Assembly: GCA_003345595.1 (NCBI GenBank)
Contig: PRDI01000041.1
Location: forward strand, 1 to 29,439
Source: Candidatus Thorarchaeota archaeon
GTDB lineage: Archaea > Asgardarchaeota > Thorarchaeia > Thorarchaeales > Thorarchaeaceae
Reading direction: 5' to 3'
Length of the DNA: 29,439 nucleotides
The translations under genes were made by a program, and so were the position numbers. This document shows positions 24,611 through 29,439 of the stretch, piece after piece. Positions within the stretch are counted from its first letter, which is position 1; each line of letters begins with the position of its first letter. Below the pieces are notes generated by a model. The model was not told the origin of the DNA and searched no databases. It saw only the letters and a program-made list of their open reading frames with translations.

Positions 24611-25303
24611 ATGACCCGAATGCTTGCTGCGAGCATTCTCATCTTCCTCGTGGTCGTGCCATGTTCCGCCGCCGACTACGGGCCCGCTTCATTCACCAGT
24701 GACGGCGTTACTATCATAGCAGGAGTGACAGCCGGCACTCCGTGGGAGAGTCCCTTTGCGAAAGAAGTGGTTCTGACTGTGGGGGTTACGCCGCAGTTGT
24801 TTGGTGTCACGCAAGTGAACGTGACCGAAGTGAGCATTTCGATAAACAGGTACGACTCGAGCAGTGCGACCTTCATCCTAGTTGCCGCCAGAAGCAAGGC
24901 CTTCCCCTCTCCAGTAACCGGTTCTGATCACGCGAACTTCACGAGCAGTCTACTTCTGTCTGGGACGACATCCGGCGCAGAGTGTTACTTCGCTTTGGCT
25001 GTGTCTGGCGATTATACCAACGGAACAGATGTCATACATTTCCTCTCGACATCTTCGGAGAACCTCATCGGGCCGTTTGTCATCTCGGTCGGGGCAGCCT
25101 CTCCTTTGTTCATTGTCGGTCTAGCTATGATGGGGCTCTTCTCCGCCGTGATGGTTCTCGGTGTACTTGCAGTGAAGAAGTCACAAGGTTTGGCACATCA
25201 GAAACGACGTCTTGATGAACGAGGTGGGCTAGGGGATCGTCTGCTCTCGCAAAAGACGAGGTCTTCTGGGAATTGCCTAGAAGGAGAATGGCTTGGTTCA
25301 TAG
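24611..25303 (+). CDS. Secreted/surface hypothetical protein with C-terminal TM anchor
   Basis: Signal peptide, Ser/Thr-rich beta-type ectodomain with N-x-S/T sequons (NVT, NFT, NGT), then a TM helix and basic tail. Confidence 0.8.
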   Translation: MTRMLAASILIFLVVVPCSAADYGPASFTSDGVTIIAGVTAGTPWESPFAKEVVLTVGVTPQLFGVTQVNVTEVSISINRYDSSSATFILVAARSKAFPSPVTGSDHANFTSSLLLSGTTSGAECYFALAVSGDYTNGTDVIHFLSTSSENLIGPFVISVGAASPLFIVGLAMMGLFSAVMVLGVLAVKKSQGLAHQKRRLDERGGLGDRLLSQKTRSSGNCLEGEWLGS

Positions 25304-25345
25304 GTCTCATAAGGGGGTTCAGGTTGTAGCCCGGTCGGATTCTCA

Positions 25346-27127
25346 ATGACTCAGAGAGAGATGGTCTGGGATTTATCCCAGCTCGTGAAAAGCAGTGAGA
25401 CCTCCGCTGTGCAAAAGGAGATGGAGGGTTCTGTCACTGATGCTGAAGCGTTTCGTAAGAAGTACCAAGGCAAGATTGCGAAGCTCGACGCGAAAGGTCT
25501 GCTAAAGATGATTGAGGAGAAGGATGAGCTCGATCTGAAGTATGAAGGTGCCTTTACCTTTGCATATCTGACATACAACGCAGACTCGACCAGTCTGGTT
25601 TCCAAGGCACTGCTGGACTCATTTCGCAAGAACTCATCCAAGTTTGGGCAGCTTCTTGCATTCATCGACGTGGAACTCGGGAAGCTGCTCACTGCGAAGC
25701 CATCACTTGTCAACGACCCGGCACTAGCAGAGTACAAGCACAAGCTAGAACGGGTGGTCAGGAGAATCCCTCACATGCTCTCTGAAGCCGAGGAGAGTCT
25801 AGTGATCGCAAAAGACACCAATGGGATAGGTGCATGGCAGCAGCTCCAGAGCGACTGGCTCTCCACACGCATGTTCACTATTGAGCTAGATGGACAGATG
25901 AAGACTCTGCCATATGGCGAGATAATCGGTCTCTATGAACACGGTGACAGAGACGTGAGGCGTAGGGCCAATCAGACTGTCTATGAGAATCTTGGGAAGG
26001 ACGACATAGTCTGGGCTAGCGCGATACGAGCGGTCTGCGCAGACCATTTAGAGATGTGCAAACTGAGGAAGTACCCCTCCACGATGACTCCGAGTCTGAT
26101 TGACAATGATGTCGATCAGAGAACCGTCGACAGTCTGATGAAGACAATCGAGGCAAACGTCGCTGTCTACCGTAAGTACCTGCAGTCGAAAGCCAAGATG
26201 ATGGGACTCAAGAAGCTTGCCAACTACGACATTGTCGCTCCCCTGCCAAAGGTCCCTGAGAAGGAGTATACTTGGGAAGAGGCTCGTAAAGAAACGATCG
26301 GCGCTTACACTGGCTTCGACGAGCAGATCGGCAAATGGGTCACGGAGATGTTCGACAGGCTTCACATAGACGCAGAGGTCAGGAAGGGCAAGACCTCTGG
26401 TGCATGGTGCAATACATTTTTCGCAGGAAAGACGGGATATGTCCTCCTGAGCTTCAACAAGAAGTTGGGAGATGTGTTCACTCTAGCTCACGAGAACGGT
26501 CATGCAGTCCATGCATATCTGGGATCAAGGGCCCAGAAACTGAGCAACTACGATATCGGTTCATGCGTTGCTGAGTGTGGATCCATATTCGGAGAACTGC
26601 TGCTGACCGAGCGGCTTCTCTCTTCTGCAAAAACCAAGCAGGAGAAGCAGGCGGTACTGACCAAAGTCCTGGATGAGTTCGGCATGACTGTCTTTCAGGT
26701 TTCGGGGCGAGTCTTCTTCGAAAGGAGTCTGTATGAGGCGATCGAGCGCGGCGAATTCCTCGATGGTGAAACCGTGGCGAAATACTGGACCGCAAGTCGC
26801 GACAGAATCTACGGGGATACGATCGAGTGGCTGGATGTCATGAAGTGGGAATGGACGATGAAGGTCCATTACTACCTCGCCAACCGCAGATTCTACAATT
26901 ACCCGTATGTCTTCGCCCAGCTGTTCGTCTTCGCACTGTACAAGCTGTACAAGGAACAGGGCAAGGCCTTCGTGCCCGAGCTCAAGGCTCTCCTCAGTGC
27001 AGGGTCAAGCAAGTCTCCCTTTGAACTCGGCAAGGAGCTAGGGTTTGACATAAGCTCCGAAGCCTTCTGGCAGAAAGGTATGGATCAGGCTTTGGAGTTC
27101 GTGAAGATGCTTGAGGCCACTATCTAG
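25346..27127 (+). CDS. pepF: Oligoendopeptidase F (M3B)
   Basis: WDLS N-terminus, R.GK.SGA.C, TLAHENGHAVH zinc motif, AE..S.FGE and HYY....FYNYPY.FAQL. Confidence 0.95.
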   Translation: MTQREMVWDLSQLVKSSETSAVQKEMEGSVTDAEAFRKKYQGKIAKLDAKGLLKMIEEKDELDLKYEGAFTFAYLTYNADSTSLVSKALLDSFRKNSSKFGQLLAFIDVELGKLLTAKPSLVNDPALAEYKHKLERVVRRIPHMLSEAEESLVIAKDTNGIGAWQQLQSDWLSTRMFTIELDGQMKTLPYGEIIGLYEHGDRDVRRRANQTVYENLGKDDIVWASAIRAVCADHLEMCKLRKYPSTMTPSLIDNDVDQRTVDSLMKTIEANVAVYRKYLQSKAKMMGLKKLANYDIVAPLPKVPEKEYTWEEARKETIGAYTGFDEQIGKWVTEMFDRLHIDAEVRKGKTSGAWCNTFFAGKTGYVLLSFNKKLGDVFTLAHENGHAVHAYLGSRAQKLSNYDIGSCVAECGSIFGELLLTERLLSSAKTKQEKQAVLTKVLDEFGMTVFQVSGRVFFERSLYEAIERGEFLDGETVAKYWTASRDRIYGDTIEWLDVMKWEWTMKVHYYLANRRFYNYPYVFAQLFVFALYKLYKEQGKAFVPELKALLSAGSSKSPFELGKELGFDISSEAFWQKGMDQALEFVKMLEATI

Positions 27128-27338
27128 CCTAGATGAACTTAGAGCAGAATCATGGGTCAGGAGAAGATGGCTCCCGTAACACGTCGGAAGCCCATCTATC
27201 TGACTCCCCGATTGCACGCACGAAGTAGGCCGCGCTGTGTGGGAGTTGGGGAGATGCCTCCCCTTAGGAAACGCCCTAAGCCACTTTCTTGCACCAGTCC
27301 TCTTGTCCGGGCCACTTGTTGACAGAGTTGTCAGTCAG

Positions 27339-28127
27339 CTATGGCTGGAAAGTGTGGGAAGCGAAGTACTCCAATATGATTAACTCGCAGTTTGCCGCCT
27401 CTACTTGGTCGCCGTGCAGCAATGAAAACACGGATTCTTCTGGAGGTACATAATGTATTGGCACGAAGTACTTTGGAGAGATGATCTCGACGGCATCTAC
27501 GACCTCAGCTCTGTACATTGTTTGACAACCCGGACCCAAGGGAAGCAACGCGACATCGATTGTGCCCGTCAGTTCTTCATACTCATCAATTACCTTGGAG
27601 TCTCCAGCATGGAACACGGTGAACTCTCCAATCTCAATGATGTAGCTTGTGTAGTTCTCCTCTATTGGATGGCTTGCATTGTAGCCTTCGGGCGCGAAGG
27701 TGTACATGTAGAACGCAGTGATGTTGATTGACCCAACTTGTACATGGTCGCGTGGACTGACACCAACGCCATCAAACTCAGTGATTGCGTCTGCCATGGT
27801 CTTTGGAAACACGTTTACAGTGCCATCCTTCTGGAGCATTTGGACGATTGTGCTGTTGTAGTGGTCTCCATGCGGATGGGTGATGAGGATCGCATCAGCA
27901 GGATAGCTAGAGTAGTTGTCCGGGAGACTCACTGGATCGATGTACACCCTTAATCCGTCTGCTTCAATCATGGCGCCTGCATTGTATAGCAGAGTGAGTT
28001 CGACCTGATTCGCAGCTGGGTTCTGTGGATTCAGATTCATCATGGTGAACACTGCGACTGGGGTCCCAACACCAACAAGAAGAATGAGCACACCCAGCGC
28101 AACCTTAGAATGACCCGCGAGTGTCAT
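27339..28127 (-). CDS. Membrane-anchored metallo-beta-lactamase fold hydrolase
   Basis: N-terminal TM, IDP, ITHPHGDH, FHAGD, DVALLP and VPIHY. TATA-like CTTATA about 25 nt upstream of the ATG. Confidence 0.92.
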   Translation of the reverse strand: MTLAGHSKVALGVLILLVGVGTPVAVFTMMNLNPQNPAANQVELTLLYNAGAMIEADGLRVYIDPVSLPDNYSSYPADAILITHPHGDHYNSTIVQMLQKDGTVNVFPKTMADAITEFDGVGVSPRDHVQVGSINITAFYMYTFAPEGYNASHPIEENYTSYIIEIGEFTVFHAGDSKVIDEYEELTGTIDVALLPLGPGCQTMYRAEVVDAVEIISPKYFVPIHYVPPEESVFSLLHGDQVEAANCELIILEYFASHTFQP

Positions 28128-28405
28128 ATTATATTGGTCGTTCGCGTGGCGAATATAAGAGGTGGCTTCGGCGCAGTTGGAGCGAATGATGTGTTATTTG
28201 GATGGGGCAACCTCTGACGTGCTTCAGGAGCTCTCCATCACCGGGTCCAGAAGGGCGCATAGTGACTGAAAAGGTGACGAAACGGGGAACCCAGAGTGCC
28301 AGGCAGAGGACTAGGAATATAACCGGCGAAGATTCAGGGGACCATGTTCTCGATACAATAAACACTTCGATGGTGCTGCGAATGGGCAACGGTCGGGTGT
28401 AGTCA

Positions 28406-28813
28406 ATGGACAAGCAACAGCTGTTTGACTTTGCCAAAGAATGGCTCGCGACTTGGACTGGCAACAGACCTCAAGATCTCATAGAGTTCTACGATGACCA
28501 GGCAACGTACTATGATCCTGCGCACAAAAACGGTCTTCAGGGGAGAGATGCCATACTCGACTACTTCACTGAACTGCTGGAGGTCTACCACGACTGGGAG
28601 TGGGAACCGCTTGAGGTCTTCCCGACAGAAGGAGGTATGACTCTAAAGTGGAAGTGCGCCATTCCTGTCGCAGGTGAGGTCATTCGGGAAATCGGTCTTG
28701 ACATAGTCATGCTGAAAGGCCGAAAGATTACTCGCAACGAGGTCTACTTCGACCGCACTCGGCTCGTTGCGGCAGTGCAGGCAAAGAAGCGTCAGCACCG
28801 ACTCATTCACTGA
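28406..28813 (+). CDS. SnoaL/NTF2-like family protein
   Basis: W...W......L..FY...A.Y.DP......GR..I..YF and GLD......GRKITRNEVYFD. Confidence 0.88.
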   Translation: MDKQQLFDFAKEWLATWTGNRPQDLIEFYDDQATYYDPAHKNGLQGRDAILDYFTELLEVYHDWEWEPLEVFPTEGGMTLKWKCAIPVAGEVIREIGLDIVMLKGRKITRNEVYFDRTRLVAAVQAKKRQHRLIH

Positions 28814-28832
28814 CGTTCTCTGTATCGTTCCC

Positions 28833-29438
28833 TCAGACGCCAAGCCATCTCACTACAGCCTCGTTGAACTCAGTCGCTCTTTCAAGCATCACTCCGTGTC
28901 CTGCTTGAGGGAGTACTTGCAGATCTGAATTGGCTATGTTATCGTGCAGATAAGTCGCATACTTGATTGGAGTCATGACATCGTTTTCACCGACAATGAC
29001 GAGGGTGGGTACGGAGATCTGGCTTACTCTCTGCATCACGTCAAAGGTGTTGCAGAGCTCAAAATCGCGGCGTATGATTGGCACTGGACACTTGCGCGCT
29101 TCGGCTTGTGAGGCTTGAACCATTGGCTTTGGGGCGCTCTCATGAAACATGAACTCTCCCAGGGCATCGAAGTAGCCTTCTGGGTTGTTGTCAAGCAGGT
29201 TGAATATCATAGGAGCGACTTTCAGACGTGCGCCAGTCCCAACCAGGACCAGTCCACCCAAGTCTTCAGACCGGTCCAGGGCATATAACTGTGCCAAGGC
29301 GCCTCCCATGGAATGACCGACAAGTACGGGTTCGTCATATTGGCGCACTACAGACTCGACGTCGTCTAGGTATGATTTGAGTACATCTGTCGGCCGTCTG
29401 TCTGGGGTCCTTCCATGCCCGTTTAGGTCGATGGCCAT
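28833..29438 (-). CDS. Alpha/beta hydrolase (5' end beyond window)
   Basis: IDLNGHG, nucleophile elbow GHSMGG, VGEND and AGH, giving a Ser-Asp-His triad. Confidence 0.92.
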   Translation of the reverse strand: MAIDLNGHGRTPDRRPTDVLKSYLDDVESVVRQYDEPVLVGHSMGGALAQLYALDRSEDLGGLVLVGTGARLKVAPMIFNLLDNNPEGYFDALGEFMFHESAPKPMVQASQAEARKCPVPIIRRDFELCNTFDVMQRVSQISVPTLVIVGENDVMTPIKYATYLHDNIANSDLQVLPQAGHGVMLERATEFNEAVVRWLGV

Positions 29439-29439
29439 C

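Noticed and set aside
25220-25303. Possible lost stop codon (CGA after RRLDE) extending the surface protein tail
   Set aside because: Cannot be supported without orthologues. The tail may be genuine.
1-29439. Selenocysteine/pyrrolysine readthrough, CRISPR arrays, tRNA/rRNA, transposases, defence systems
   Set aside because: The stops I checked fall at natural protein ends with short downstream frames. I saw no regularly spaced repeats, RNA gene signatures or mobile/defence protein motifs by eye.

Overview
Gene-dense archaeal window, most likely from an Asgard archaeon (Thorarchaeia-like). The evidence is a Rab-like small GTPase with no prenylation tail, a CxxC/H/H domain of a type I associate with Asgard proteins, a family-5 solute-binding protein with a C-terminal membrane anchor, GGAGGT/GGTGA ribosome-binding sites, and TATA-like boxes about 25-45 nt upstream of starts. 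The taxonomy is inferred, not searched. Most genes are scavenging or catabolic: ABC exporter, GalM, gingipain-like C25 peptidase, beta-keto acid cleavage enzyme, two SDRs, M24 peptidase-like protein, SCP2, NIPA/DMT transporter, PIG-L deacetylase, Gfo/Idh/MocA oxidoreductase, GH5 glycolipid hydrolase, peptide-binding protein, PrcB-like protein, isoaspartyl peptidase, PepF, MBL hydrolase, SnoaL protein and alpha/beta hydrolase. The standout is a co-oriented trio at 4009-6302: a stand-alone 7TM protein with GPCR-type N-out/C-in topology, a Rab-like GTPase, and a protein with a zinc-binding N-terminus plus an apparent DENN/folliculin-like C-terminus. This is a candidate receptor / small G-protein / regulator module. 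Other notable items are a possible steryl-glucoside or glycolipid catabolic cluster, a gene that appears to require a CTG start, and a diverged partial duplication of the isoaspartyl peptidase gene. No rRNA, tRNA, CRISPR array or transposase was recognised.
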